Assembly (NCBI GenBank): GCA_045595265.1
Contig: JAZOAA010000176.1
Location: forward strand, 1 to 34,311
DNA from: Eubacteriales bacterium
Lineage (GTDB): Bacteria > Bacillota > Clostridia > Oscillospirales > CAG-272
DNA: 34,311 nt
Direction of reading: 5' to 3'
The position numbers and the translations under genes were made by a program. The notes under the pieces were generated by a model. That model saw nothing but the letters and a program-made list of their open reading frames with translations. It did no database searches and was not told where the DNA came from. Positions within the stretch are counted from its first letter, which is position 1; every line of letters begins with the position of its first letter. Of the stretch, positions 1 through 9,696 are shown piece by piece.

Positions 1-1
1 G

Positions 2-3000
2 GAAAGTCTTGATCCTGTAATAAAAGATGAGGAACCGGAACCTGAGAGAATAACATTTACTTACGATGAGCTAGGCAAGACCCCCGAAAGCGTTACGTGC
101 GAATTTAGCGACGGTGATTTTAAGGGTACTTACTATCCTAAAAACGGCGGTTTCGAAGTTATATCTGATACTTCTGAAAATTCCAAAAGAGGAAAGATTC
201 TGAAATTAGAGTCAGTCAAGGGAATTTATAATGCAGTAAAAATGAGCGTACCGGGAAGCAGTCTTTCAAGTCAGTGCTTTGTATTTGAAGGGGATATGTG
301 TATTCCTAAATCCACCAGCGGCTATGCTGTAAGAATGCGAATGAGCGATGCTTATGCGATAGCCTTTAAGGTTGACGGTAATAAAGTGAATTTGTGGGAT
401 GTTTCTACAACAGGAACACCGCTTCGCGAAACCGATTTAGGAATAGCGCTAAATCTTGGAGAATGGTTTAATCTGAAGGTTGAGTTCTATAAGGGCGACC
501 ATGATACAGTAAGAATTAAGGTGTATATAAATGGTAATCTTGCTTCGGTAAGTGATAACTATTACGATCAGTACGGTAAAAAGATAACCGAAGGCGAGGG
601 AACTCCGACGTCGATATACAGCTATGTTCATTTCAGCACCATGTCGTCGTTCAATACCACGATTTTATTCGATAACCTTATGTGTTTCAGAAGCGCAAAG
701 CGGTATGAGCCTTATACGGACATAAAAAATCCTCTGGAAGTAAATGTGGATGCCCCCGATCCCGGAGAGAAGATATATACCTTTGATGAATCTTCAAATA
801 CAAGTAATCTTCCCGAAGATGTTAGAGTTAGTGGCGGTGGTGTGTCAATAAAATCCAACGTAGACCATGAACTCAATATAAATTCAGATTCGGTCGGTTC
901 AACCGTGGAAATTCTCACAAACAGGAGAAAATACGGAGCAGAGTGCTTTGTTATAAACTTTGATATAACCCCATACACCTTTGGTTCAGAATCAAAACTA
1001 CGCCTTGAGCTTCTTGCTAGAAAAGACTCTGCGGTTAAGCTTGCGGTCTTTGATTTCGTTTTGGTTGAGCTAAACGGAGAGAAATATATAGCCATGGCCG
1101 ATGCTCACGAGGGCGTTACATCGACGGTGCTTCATTCACTTCTTATACCGATAAACAAAGAAAGCGAATTAACCATAGAGTATTACGCGGATAAGAAAAT
1201 AACGGTGCTTTATCTTGACGGCAAGGCTGTCAGCGCAAGTGCCGTAGCGGTGAACAATGCCGCCTCTCACGATTTTGGTTCTATTCGTATTTCGACGATA
1301 TCATCGGGCGAAGTTAACTTAAGTATAGATAACGTAAAGGTAGAAAGTATAGTTAAAGAGCTTTCGGTTGAAAGCTATAATAATCAAAAGGTATTTGATT
1401 TTGATAAAACACCTTATAGCGAGGCGATTCTGGATAATGTTAGTGTGGTAGGTGCCGCTGATAAGCAGGTTAGGCTTAATGCGAATATTGGAAGCATCGC
1501 TATCCCAGCAACTATTCGTTCACCGTTGATAACCGTTACCAAGCTTGGTGCCGAGTTCACTTTTGAAGGCGATGGAGAGTATTTAGCTTCCTTTAATGAT
1601 AAATCCGGAAGGAGTATTATCGCTCTTGTCATGGTAGCGAATAACGGAAGCATTAGTCTTTATGAATATACCGATGCAGGTCGTTCAGATGTTGAACTTG
1701 CAAAATTTAACGCAAATGGTTCTATGAAGATTTGCCTTGAATGGTATAAGAATGAGCAAATGCTTATGGTAACATTTAACGAAAAGCCTATTGCTTTGAC
1801 CGCACTATACTACTCAGATACTACTTTGTTAGAATGGGTTGATAGCTTTAAGCTTTCCTCAGCTTCGGGTAGCGGATATCTGACCGTTGATAACTTAATT
1901 TGTGAAAATACTAATTCGGAATTTAAGATTCCAGAAGGCTTAGACGCAGAAAACAGTGAAAATAATTCAGAAAAAATAACTTTCGAAACCACTAGCAGTT
2001 CAGCCAAGCTACCTTCTGCAATTACATATAAGCTCTCGTCGCCAGGCGCAAGCTTTAAGGTCGAGCAGCTTATACGTGACGGAAAAATAAACAGAGTTAT
2101 TTCGATGACGTCCAGGGTCGGCGGAAACGATGCGGTAAGAATAGGTGTTACGAAGAAAATACAGGGTGCAAATTGCGTAACGTTTGAAGCGGATATGTAT
2201 ATGGATTATGCAGATTCTTCATCTTGGCGTAATATGCAGTTCTGGATTCAAACCAAAGACGGTAATTCAAGCGCTTATATGTTTGAAATCTGGGATTCAT
2301 CTCTCTTCTCTGAAAACGGCGGAAGTTCAAATGTTGCCGCAGGCTTTACCGGTGTCAGAACGTGGTTCACCATCAAGGCAGAGTATTACGACGGCGGATT
2401 CGTTATTATATACGTGAACGGAACACCGATTTACACGGGAGATGGATACCGTGGAAAAGCTGACGGTGCATCACCTGTATCAGCATCAAGCATTGAAAGA
2501 GTAAACGTATATCCTTACGGTGATTTTGCGGTAACCTACAAGCTCGATAACATTTCTCTTATCCAGGAAGTAAAGACATATGTTGCTCCCGAAATAGAAA
2601 AGGAACCTGAGTCGGAGCTTGGCAAGGTAGAGGATGTTTTAACTTTTGAAGACGGTCTTGTTAACGAGGCAACCGATTTTGCTTCTGGAAGCATAAACGG
2701 TACTACCGCTGAAATTGAAGAGGAGAGCGACGGAAATCACGTTCTCGTGTTTACAACTCCCGCATCAAGCTCGGTTAACAACATAATAAATGTTAACTAC
2801 ACCAAGGCGGATGCCGATTCATCAAACGGTATTGCTTTTGAGTTTGATGTCAATATCACATACACCAAGAGCGATGACTATCTATACATCCAGCTTCGTG
2901 ATAAAAACGGTGCCTCCGCAGCCTTTATTTCAATAGAAAATAACAGCATTGTGGTTTATTCTTCAAGCTCAAGCTATGAGTTTGGAAGCATAAAGCTGAC

Positions 3001-3940
3001 AAAAGGTGAGATGAGTAGAGTTAAGGTGGAATATGGCGATACGGATAGCGGAGTGTTTATCAGAATCTCGGTAAACGGCAGTGTATCATACGAGAAGGAT
3101 GCGTACCTTTCAAGAGATGGAAAGTCAATTTCCTCGGCAGATATTTCTTACATAGAGCTGTCAACCTGGCGGCAGATCACTGCAAAAATGGATAATATGT
3201 CCTTCTACCGCGCTACTTTAACTCCTCCGGAAAAGAAAGAGCCTGAGGTAGAGGAAAAGCTTCCCGAGGTCTATGACTTTGAAAGCGGAGATATTCCGTC
3301 ATCAATGCCTCTTCTCACTGACAACACATGCTGTGTTGTTGAAGAGGATACCGAGAGAGGAAAATATCTCAACTTTACCACTGCCGCAAATACCTGGGGT
3401 ACCGGATTTTATGTTCCTGTTCTCACCGATGAGAACAGCGCAAACTGCCTTGCCTTCGAGGCTGATATGAGTCTAAACGTGCTTAGCGGTGCAGGACTCA
3501 GATTCCAGTTTATGAACGAAAGCGGCGGCTGTAATATGTGGTTTGAGATTCAAAAGAACGGCACAAATCTATATTTCTTACTATACACTAAGTCAAGCTC
3601 CAATTGCTATGCGGCATCGGATGCAATAGCGGTAAACGGAAACGACAACTGGTTCAACCTGAGAGTAGAATACTACGAGGGGGATCGCAACAGTGTAAGA
3701 ACAAAGGTTTATGTTAATGAAAAGCTTGTTTTCGTCAGCGATATGTTTATGAATAGCGGTAGCTGTGGATGCTCAAGTCACGGTTCGTCGATAGCACCCG
3801 CGGCTGTCAGCAATACGGCAAAAATCAGAATCCGTAACGATTACTCGGCTTACAGCGGAACACTTTATATCGATAATATCAAGTTTGAGAGAATCGTTAA
3901 GGAATGCGAGGACGACGCTATAACAGCACAGCGTCCTTAA
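2..3940 (+). CDS. Large multi-module protein, 5'-truncated (>=1312 aa in window), six tandem ~190-230 aa ConA/LamG/CBM-like beta-sandwich modules; probably extracellular
   Basis: The frame is open from base 2 (ESLDPVIKDEEPEPERITFTYDE...) through the ORF-track ATG at 242, so the true start lies upstream of the window. Each module begins with (T/D)F(D/E), has central (N/Q)CxxFE(A/G)DM and W(F)xLxVEYY...VYxNG elements (degenerate in some), ends with (I/L/M/F/V)DN(I/V/L/M), and most are separated by E/P-rich linkers. Fold and localisation are inference. Confidence 0.75.
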   Translation, partial: ESLDPVIKDEEPEPERITFTYDELGKTPESVTCEFSDGDFKGTYYPKNGGFEVISDTSENSKRGKILKLESVKGIYNAVKMSVPGSSLSSQCFVFEGDMCIPKSTSGYAVRMRMSDAYAIAFKVDGNKVNLWDVSTTGTPLRETDLGIALNLGEWFNLKVEFYKGDHDTVRIKVYINGNLASVSDNYYDQYGKKITEGEGTPTSIYSYVHFSTMSSFNTTILFDNLMCFRSAKRYEPYTDIKNPLEVNVDAPDPGEKIYTFDESSNTSNLPEDVRVSGGGVSIKSNVDHELNINSDSVGSTVEILTNRRKYGAECFVINFDITPYTFGSESKLRLELLARKDSAVKLAVFDFVLVELNGEKYIAMADAHEGVTSTVLHSLLIPINKESELTIEYYADKKITVLYLDGKAVSASAVAVNNAASHDFGSIRISTISSGEVNLSIDNVKVESIVKELSVESYNNQKVFDFDKTPYSEAILDNVSVVGAADKQVRLNANIGSIAIPATIRSPLITVTKLGAEFTFEGDGEYLASFNDKSGRSIIALVMVANNGSISLYEYTDAGRSDVELAKFNANGSMKICLEWYKNEQMLMVTFNEKPIALTALYYSDTTLLEWVDSFKLSSASGSGYLTVDNLICENTNSEFKIPEGLDAENSENNSEKITFETTSSSAKLPSAITYKLSSPGASFKVEQLIRDGKINRVISMTSRVGGNDAVRIGVTKKIQGANCVTFEADMYMDYADSSSWRNMQFWIQTKDGNSSAYMFEIWDSSLFSENGGSSNVAAGFTGVRTWFTIKAEYYDGGFVIIYVNGTPIYTGDGYRGKADGASPVSASSIERVNVYPYGDFAVTYKLDNISLIQEVKTYVAPEIEKEPESELGKVEDVLTFEDGLVNEATDFASGSINGTTAEIEEESDGNHVLVFTTPASSSVNNIINVNYTKADADSSNGIAFEFDVNITYTKSDDYLYIQLRDKNGASAAFISIENNSIVVYSSSSSYEFGSIKLTKGEMSRVKVEYGDTDSGVFIRISVNGSVSYEKDAYLSRDGKSISSADISYIELSTWRQITAKMDNMSFYRATLTPPEKKEPEVEEKLPEVYDFESGDIPSSMPLLTDNTCCVVEEDTERGKYLNFTTAANTWGTGFYVPVLTDENSANCLAFEADMSLNVLSGAGLRFQFMNESGGCNMWFEIQKNGTNLYFLLYTKSSSNCYAASDAIAVNGNDNWFNLRVEYYEGDRNSVRTKVYVNEKLVFVSDMFMNSGSCGCSSHGSSIAPAAVSNTAKIRIRNDYSAYSGTLYIDNIKFERIVKECEDDAITAQRP

Positions 3941-3952
3941 GGAGAAAAGGCA

Positions 3953-5194
3953 ATGAATAAAAACGAACAATGGAAGGCACTTTCCGCCGCGGTAGATGAA
4001 CGCGGCGGAAACGGAAAACAAACAGCTCTCGCTATGCAGGAGCTGTACTCAGAATACTCTCCAGAAATGTGGGAGTGGTATGCGGGACTTTTTGACACCG
4101 AGATAGGAGGCTTTTATTACTCCAACTCGGCAAGAGATACGGAAGGATATTTACCCGATATCGAAAGCACAAGCCAGGCAACAAATGCTATGCGCAGCCG
4201 TTTTCACAATCTCTTAAACGCCTATGACGAGCTTCCCGAATGGATGATTGCAAAAATGGCAGAATTTACGAGAAGCCTCGAGGATCACGAGGACGGATAT
4301 ATGTATCACAAGCAGTGGGGTAAGAATATACTCAACTCACGCAGAGGCAGAGATCTTATGTGGGCTGAGGATATGGCGAAAAAGCTTGGTTTCAAGTTCG
4401 ATTATCCAACCGCTACCGAAAGGCTTAACAAGCATTCGCATGGTGAGAGTAGCGAGTTGGATATTGCCTTGCCCGATTATCTGAAATCCGAAGAAGCTTT
4501 TTTAGCTTACATAAAAGCACTTGACTGGGATAACAGAGCATATTACTCGGGTAATATGATTGCCGCTCAGATATATCAAATAGAGGCGGCGGGACTTGCG
4601 CCTGTTGCAACGAAATTCATAAACAGCATTCAGGATCCCGAAACAGGTCTTTGGGGCAAAAAACGTGATTATGATGCCATAAACGCAGTGCTTAAAATCA
4701 ATGCAGTTTATAATAAGGCTCCGATGCCCAACCGCTTTAAGATTGCTATGACAATTATGGACTTTATAACCTCGGATGAGCTTTATCCACATGTTACCTG
4801 TCAATATAACACCTTTTTTGAAGTAAAAAATATTCTTAACAACATTGATCGTTTTGGCGAAGAATTTAAGGGTGAGCGCGAAAAGATAGTTGCTACACTT
4901 CTTTCGAAAGCTCCCCGGGCAATTCAAGCAACCATTAAGAAAATACGTCCCTTTAAGAAATCACAAGGCTCATTTTCATATTTTCAGGATCGCTCATCGG
5001 AAATTTCCCAAGGCGCACCTGCTGCTGTACCCAACACTCCTGAGGGCGATGTAAACGCTACCGGTATCTGTTCCGGCGGTATGATATCAAATATATATGC
5101 GGCTCTCGATCTTACCGAATATACCGTTCCAAGATTTGGTAAAGAGGAGTATCAACGATTTCTTGACATAGTTAATGAAAAACGAAAAAAATAA
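3953..5194 (+). CDS. Hypothetical 413-aa protein with no signal peptide; possibly alpha/alpha-toroid (prenyltransferase/cyclase-like) fold
   Basis: Long ORF with RBS AAGGAG just upstream. Recurrent Q/D-x-x-x-G-(G/L/S)-(F/W) turns (EIGGFYY, EDGYMYH, QDPETGLWG, SQGSFSY) resemble helical-toroid repeats. Function unknown. Confidence 0.7.
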   Translation: MNKNEQWKALSAAVDERGGNGKQTALAMQELYSEYSPEMWEWYAGLFDTEIGGFYYSNSARDTEGYLPDIESTSQATNAMRSRFHNLLNAYDELPEWMIAKMAEFTRSLEDHEDGYMYHKQWGKNILNSRRGRDLMWAEDMAKKLGFKFDYPTATERLNKHSHGESSELDIALPDYLKSEEAFLAYIKALDWDNRAYYSGNMIAAQIYQIEAAGLAPVATKFINSIQDPETGLWGKKRDYDAINAVLKINAVYNKAPMPNRFKIAMTIMDFITSDELYPHVTCQYNTFFEVKNILNNIDRFGEEFKGEREKIVATLLSKAPRAIQATIKKIRPFKKSQGSFSYFQDRSSEISQGAPAAVPNTPEGDVNATGICSGGMISNIYAALDLTEYTVPRFGKEEYQRFLDIVNEKRKK

Positions 5195-5209
5195 AAGAAG
5201 GGAGATATT

Positions 5210-5368
5210 ATGTGTAACGAAAAACGCAAAACAAAATTGCTTTACGAGCAAGCCGCACTTGAGATAATCGAGCTGCAGCACACGGACGTTATTGCCACGT
5301 CTACCCCTAATTATGAGGTAGAAGAAAACATCCCTAAAGATGACAATACGTGGCAGGACAACTGGTAA
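5210..5368 (+). CDS. Unannotated 52-aa peptide MCNEKRKTKLLYEQAALEIIELQHTDVIATSTPNYEVEENIPKDDNTWQDNW
   Basis: Translated by hand. RBS GAAGGGAG at 5197-5204, ATG at 5210, TAA at 5366-5368. Fills the gap between two co-oriented genes and is below the 60-aa cutoff of the ORF track. Confidence 0.75.
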   Translation: MCNEKRKTKLLYEQAALEIIELQHTDVIATSTPNYEVEENIPKDDNTWQDNW

Positions 5369-5402
5369 AAAAGAAAAAATAGTATTTGAAAGGAAATCAG
5401 AA

Positions 5403-7400
5403 ATGAAAAACACGAAAATTTTAGTTTTAGTTCTTTCGCTTGCGCTTGTTTTGGGCGCTGTTGCCGGCATTACTGTAAGTGCGGCAGATGAGACGTTGGA
5501 AACCACCTCTATTGCTATCAAAAGCGCAAATCTCTCCTTTGTGAACGAGCCGGCGCTTGTTTTTGCCGTTGAGCACGACGGTGATGCAGCTAACGTAAGT
5601 CTAAATGTATGGAATAGCGAGCCTGAAGAAAATCAGGCTGCCGATTACGTTGTTACAGACTCTTTCGAACAGACGATAGAAGGTACTGCGTATACCTCCT
5701 TTGCCGTCGAAGGCAAGAATCCCAAGAATATCTATGAGTACGTCTGGGTACAGGCAGTAGCCGGTGACGTCAAGAGCGAGATCGTAAGATACAGCATTCT
5801 CCAGTACGCTCTCGGCGGTGTTGTTAAGGGCGTAAATACCGAAAGATTCCAGTCCATAATCGATTATTCCGCCTCCGCACAGAAATGGCTTGAATACACC
5901 GACGCAAACGGCAAAACAGCCGACGAGTACGTATTCGTTTCCGTCGATGGCGGTACTGTTGACGGCTACAAGAACGGTGTTTATCCTGTTGGTACACAGA
6001 TAACTCCTGTAGGTGACGGCGTCGCTATGTGGAGCGTTGAATCCGATAGCAACAAGTACAATTCCTACTACGGCCAGCCCATAACCCTTACATCAAACAC
6101 CAAAATCACGGTAAATAACTCCGTTATGACCTTCGAGAATTGCACCGATATCTCTGATATAAATGGCGCAACTCTTTCTACGGGCGCAATTAGCTCACCT
6201 TATAAGATTTCCGAGCTTGACGGTAACAAGGTACTTACTGTGGACACCAAAAATGATGGTTCTACTAACGCACAGGCACAAATTATACTCGGCATGAATA
6301 ACACCATCACCGATGCAGAAGCCGTTGTTCTTGAATTTGATCTCTACATCGAAGACAGAGCTGCTCAAAAGCAGGTGTTTGCTATTGAAATGCGTGACAC
6401 CTCTAATCAGAGAATAGTATATCTTACCATAGACTCAGGTCTTGCGCTTAATTATGTTTTGCCACCTGTAACGACTGTTAGCAATGCTAATGTCACTATG
6501 GATTCTTGGATGAAGTTCAGAGTTGAATATCTTGATCTTGGTGAAACCAAGGGACTTAAGGTTTATGTTAACGATAACCCCGTCCTCGTTCTTGATGATT
6601 ACGTATGCACATATAACAGCCCTACTTCCAGAGAAATAACCGCAATTACAAACGTTCGCTTTGATACCTACGAGGAACTTGTAACACACTTCGACAACGT
6701 AGTACTTATGCAGGAAAAAATTGAAAATCTTGATAAGGTTATCACTTTCGATAACGGAGAGGTTTCCTCGAACATTACCGTTGATTCTACATACGGAGCA
6801 AATCTCGAGGTAGTAAACGATAGCGAAAAGGGCAACGTACTTAAATTTGAATCAGCAGCAACCTACGGAGAGGGCTTCACTATTCCCGTGCTTGACAAGG
6901 ATACGGAGTATAATTGCGTAGCCTTCGAGGCTGATATTAGCATTGATGTGCTTGATAACGCAGGCTATCCCGGAGTAAGATTCCACTTCGTAAATTCTGC
7001 AGGAAACACTGCGAGATTTGAGTTGAAGAGAAATAGCGGCAATATCGAGTTCGTTCAGTATACCTGCTCTGACCATTATTCTTCTCCTTCGGTAATTCTT
7101 TCGGCGGACGGAATAGAGAATTGGTTTAATTTTAGAATTGAGTATTACGGCGGAGACCGCGACACCGTTAGAACCAAGGTATACCTCAATGGAGATCTTA
7201 TATTCGTCAGCGACGACTTCATAAGCCCTGTAAACAACTGTAGCGTTTGCAATACTTCCGTATCTCCCGCAACCGTTGACAGTATAACTACCCTTAAGGT
7301 CATGTCTCCATCGGGCAGCTACACAGGCACTATGCTTATCGACAATATTGTATTTGAGAAGATAGCAAAGACCTGCGCTGACGATCCCCTTACAGAATAA
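5403..7400 (+). CDS. Secreted 665-aa protein: signal peptide, N-terminal domain of unknown function, two ConA/LamG-like modules paralogous to those of the 2..3940 protein
   Basis: Start reassigned to ATG 5403 (RBS GAAAGGA at 5388-5394). Sec-type signal MKNTKILVLVLSLALVLGAVAGITVSA|A. C-terminal module aligns by eye with the last module of the giant protein (NC(L/V)AFEAD, NWFN(L/F)R(V/I)EYYxGDR, VRTKVY, FVSDxF, IDNIxFE). Confidence 0.85.
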   Translation: MKNTKILVLVLSLALVLGAVAGITVSAADETLETTSIAIKSANLSFVNEPALVFAVEHDGDAANVSLNVWNSEPEENQAADYVVTDSFEQTIEGTAYTSFAVEGKNPKNIYEYVWVQAVAGDVKSEIVRYSILQYALGGVVKGVNTERFQSIIDYSASAQKWLEYTDANGKTADEYVFVSVDGGTVDGYKNGVYPVGTQITPVGDGVAMWSVESDSNKYNSYYGQPITLTSNTKITVNNSVMTFENCTDISDINGATLSTGAISSPYKISELDGNKVLTVDTKNDGSTNAQAQIILGMNNTITDAEAVVLEFDLYIEDRAAQKQVFAIEMRDTSNQRIVYLTIDSGLALNYVLPPVTTVSNANVTMDSWMKFRVEYLDLGETKGLKVYVNDNPVLVLDDYVCTYNSPTSREITAITNVRFDTYEELVTHFDNVVLMQEKIENLDKVITFDNGEVSSNITVDSTYGANLEVVNDSEKGNVLKFESAATYGEGFTIPVLDKDTEYNCVAFEADISIDVLDNAGYPGVRFHFVNSAGNTARFELKRNSGNIEFVQYTCSDHYSSPSVILSADGIENWFNFRIEYYGGDRDTVRTKVYLNGDLIFVSDDFISPVNNCSVCNTSVSPATVDSITTLKVMSPSGSYTGTMLIDNIVFEKIAKTCADDPLTE

Positions 7401-7422
7401 TAAGTAATTACAAGCAAAACAC

Positions 7423-7453
7423 GCCCTGCCTTAGTTTGGGGCAGGGCTTTATT
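7423..7453 (+). terminator. Intrinsic terminator or stabilising hairpin
   Basis: GCCCTGCCTTA-gtt-TGGGGCAGGGC followed by TTTATT; the U-tract is short. Confidence 0.65.
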
Positions 7454-7469
7454 AAAACACGAGGAAAAT

Positions 7470-8549
7470 ATGCAAAATAAATTAAAAACAGGCGTAGCCT
7501 ACCACGGAAACCGTATGCTATCCCATGCCGTAGCGGATATGAAGGAAATTGCCCGCTCGGATATGGACATCGTCGTTCATATGTTCTCCCATAACGACTG
7601 GGAACGTCACGATAAGGTAATGAAGGACATCTTCGCCGCAACGGAGGCAGAGGGGCTTGAGGTTTGGGTAGATAATTGGGGAATAGGAGGTTCGCCCGGT
7701 GATAAATGTCATTTTCTTGCGTATCACCCGGAGGCGCACAGTTACTTTGCTGACGGAAGTATGCACCCATATCAAATATGCCTCAATTCTCCCGAGTATC
7801 GTGATTTTGTAAAGAACTGGATAGAAGAGGTTGCATCGCTCGGAGCAAAGACTGTATTTTGGGATGAGCCTTTAATTCCTGAAAAAAAGTCCGAGTGCAA
7901 AAAATATTTTTCTGCCTGTGCGTGTCCCAGATGTAAAAAGCTATTCGCCGATAAGTATGGCAAAGAAATGCCTATTTTTATGGATTCCGATGTTTCCGCA
8001 TTTAGAAACGAAACCACGGTTGATTTCTATGATTTTGTATCGAATTATGCAAATAAATCAGGACTTAGAAATGTTATTTGCTTCATGCCTTATCAGCTCA
8101 AGGGGATGTCAGAAGCAGGCGACGACCTTCTCAGCATAGATTTGAATACTGTTTGTTCTATGAAAAACATAGACAATATAGGAACAGACCCATATTGGTA
8201 CGGAAGTCCTGAAATTGCGAAAACATGTAATCCCTATCCATACGTTTACGAATCAACGAAAAGATGTGTTGATATCGCTGATAAGTTTGGGAAAGAGCAT
8301 AACATATGGATTCAGGCATACTGTTCGCCAAAGGGCAGAGAAGATGAGATAATCACGGCATATGAGGCGGCATACGATGCTGGTGCCAGAACGATACTTG
8401 CATGGAGTTATCGTGCGGGTGAATCAAATAATTATAGGTCATCCAATGTGGAAAAAAGCTGGTCTGCAACATTGGAAGGAAACCGAAGAGTTAAGTATAT
8501 GGAACGTGATAGACTGCTTGCCGAAAACCGTAAAAAATATATGAAGTGA
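7470..8549 (+). CDS. TIM-barrel glycoside-hydrolase-like protein (GH42-like N-terminal architecture), cytoplasmic
   Basis: Motifs GLEVWVD, CLNSPEYRDFV, VFWDEP (candidate acid/base), CxCxxC zinc-type motif CACPRC followed by F...YG, and TDPYW. No signal peptide. Exact family and substrate not assignable. Confidence 0.65.
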   Translation: MQNKLKTGVAYHGNRMLSHAVADMKEIARSDMDIVVHMFSHNDWERHDKVMKDIFAATEAEGLEVWVDNWGIGGSPGDKCHFLAYHPEAHSYFADGSMHPYQICLNSPEYRDFVKNWIEEVASLGAKTVFWDEPLIPEKKSECKKYFSACACPRCKKLFADKYGKEMPIFMDSDVSAFRNETTVDFYDFVSNYANKSGLRNVICFMPYQLKGMSEAGDDLLSIDLNTVCSMKNIDNIGTDPYWYGSPEIAKTCNPYPYVYESTKRCVDIADKFGKEHNIWIQAYCSPKGREDEIITAYEAAYDAGARTILAWSYRAGESNNYRSSNVEKSWSATLEGNRRVKYMERDRLLAENRKKYMK

Positions 8550-8571
8550 TATTTTTTGCATCTCAAATGTA

Positions 8572-8615
8572 AAAAAACTAGCCACCCGCTTTTTTGCGCG
8601 GGTAGCTAGTTTTTT
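8572..8615. terminator. Bidirectional terminator between the GH-like gene and ruvB
   Basis: AAAAAACTAGCCACCCGC...GCGGGTAGCTAGTTTTTT between convergent genes. Confidence 0.85.
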
Positions 8616-8622
8616 GTTATAC

Positions 8623-9678
8623 TTAATTATTAGTAAAAAGGTTAAAATCTTCCGTTCCGAACGGTATACCGAGATGGTCGTACGCGAGCTTCGTGACGCA
8701 TCTTCCTCTTGGAGTTCTGGAAAGAAATCCAATTTGCATAAGATACGGCTCATATACGTCCTCGATAGTTACAGCTTCTTCGCCGATTGTTGCGGCGAGG
8801 GTATCAAGTCCGACAGGACCGCCACCGTAAAATTTAATTATAGCCTCAAGCATTCTTCTGTCAATATTATCAAGACCAAGCTCGTCAATTTCCAGGGCTT
8901 CGAGAGCATATTTTGCTATCTCTGATGTTATTGTGCCGTTTCCCTTTACAAGCGCAAAGTCGCGCACGCGCTTGAGCAGACGGTTCGCGATACGCGGTGT
9001 TCCTCTGGATCTTGAGGCTATTCCGAGAGCGCCTTCATCTGTGATTTTAATCTCTAATATATTCGCAGATCTCTTAACTATCGTTGCAAGCTCTTCGTTT
9101 GTATACAGCTCCAGCTTAAGCAGAACTCCAAATCTATCTCTGAGGGGTGTTGTGAGTTGTCCGGCTCTAGTCGTAGCGCCTATCAGAGTAAATTTAGGTA
9201 TCGGCATATGTATCGTCCTGGCACTCGGACCTTTGCCGATGATAATGTCTAGGGCATAATCCTCCATCGCGGGATAGAGAATTTCCTCAGCTACTCTTGA
9301 TAATCTGTGTATCTCGTCTATAAACAGAACGTCGCCGGGGGCGAGGTTGGTTAAAATTGCGGCTAAATCTCCGGGCTTTTCGATAGCCGGTCCCGAGGTG
9401 GTTCTGATATTGACTCCCATCTCGTTGGCGATTATTGCAGAAAGAGTTGTTTTACCAAGGCCGGGAGGACCGTAGAGAAGCACGTGATCAAGAGCTTCCG
9501 CTCTAAGCTTTGCGCTTTCTATATATACCTTCAGGTTAGATTTTGCCTTCGTTTGACCGACGTATTCCTCGAGCGTTTTTGGCCTTAGGCAGTTTTCGAC
9601 CTCGCCGTCCTCCATAGAGTCATACTCGTTAGAAACTATTCGGTTTTCAAAATCAAATTCAGTCGATTCTTCTATCAT
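8623..9678 (-). CDS. ruvB: Holliday junction branch migration helicase RuvB
   Basis: [12 protein letters not shown], Walker [39 protein letters not shown]...RTPRGR. Confidence 0.98.
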   Translation of the reverse strand: MIEESTEFDFENRIVSNEYDSMEDGEVENCLRPKTLEEYVGQTKAKSNLKVYIESAKLRAEALDHVLLYGPPGLGKTTLSAIIANEMGVNIRTTSGPAIEKPGDLAAILTNLAPGDVLFIDEIHRLSRVAEEILYPAMEDYALDIIIGKGPSARTIHMPIPKFTLIGATTRAGQLTTPLRDRFGVLLKLELYTNEELATIVKRSANILEIKITDEGALGIASRSRGTPRIANRLLKRVRDFALVKGNGTITSEIAKYALEALEIDELGLDNIDRRMLEAIIKFYGGGPVGLDTLAATIGEEAVTIEDVYEPYLMQIGFLSRTPRGRCVTKLAYDHLGIPFGTEDFNLFTNN

Positions 9679-9696
9679 ACACCTAATCCTTTCGCG

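Noticed and set aside
5340-5402. ORF-track start at 5340 (and similarly 12150, 17349, 24918, 28667)
   Set aside because: Downstream ATGs have SDs or translational coupling and fit family N-termini; 5340 also overlaps the 52-aa peptide gene.
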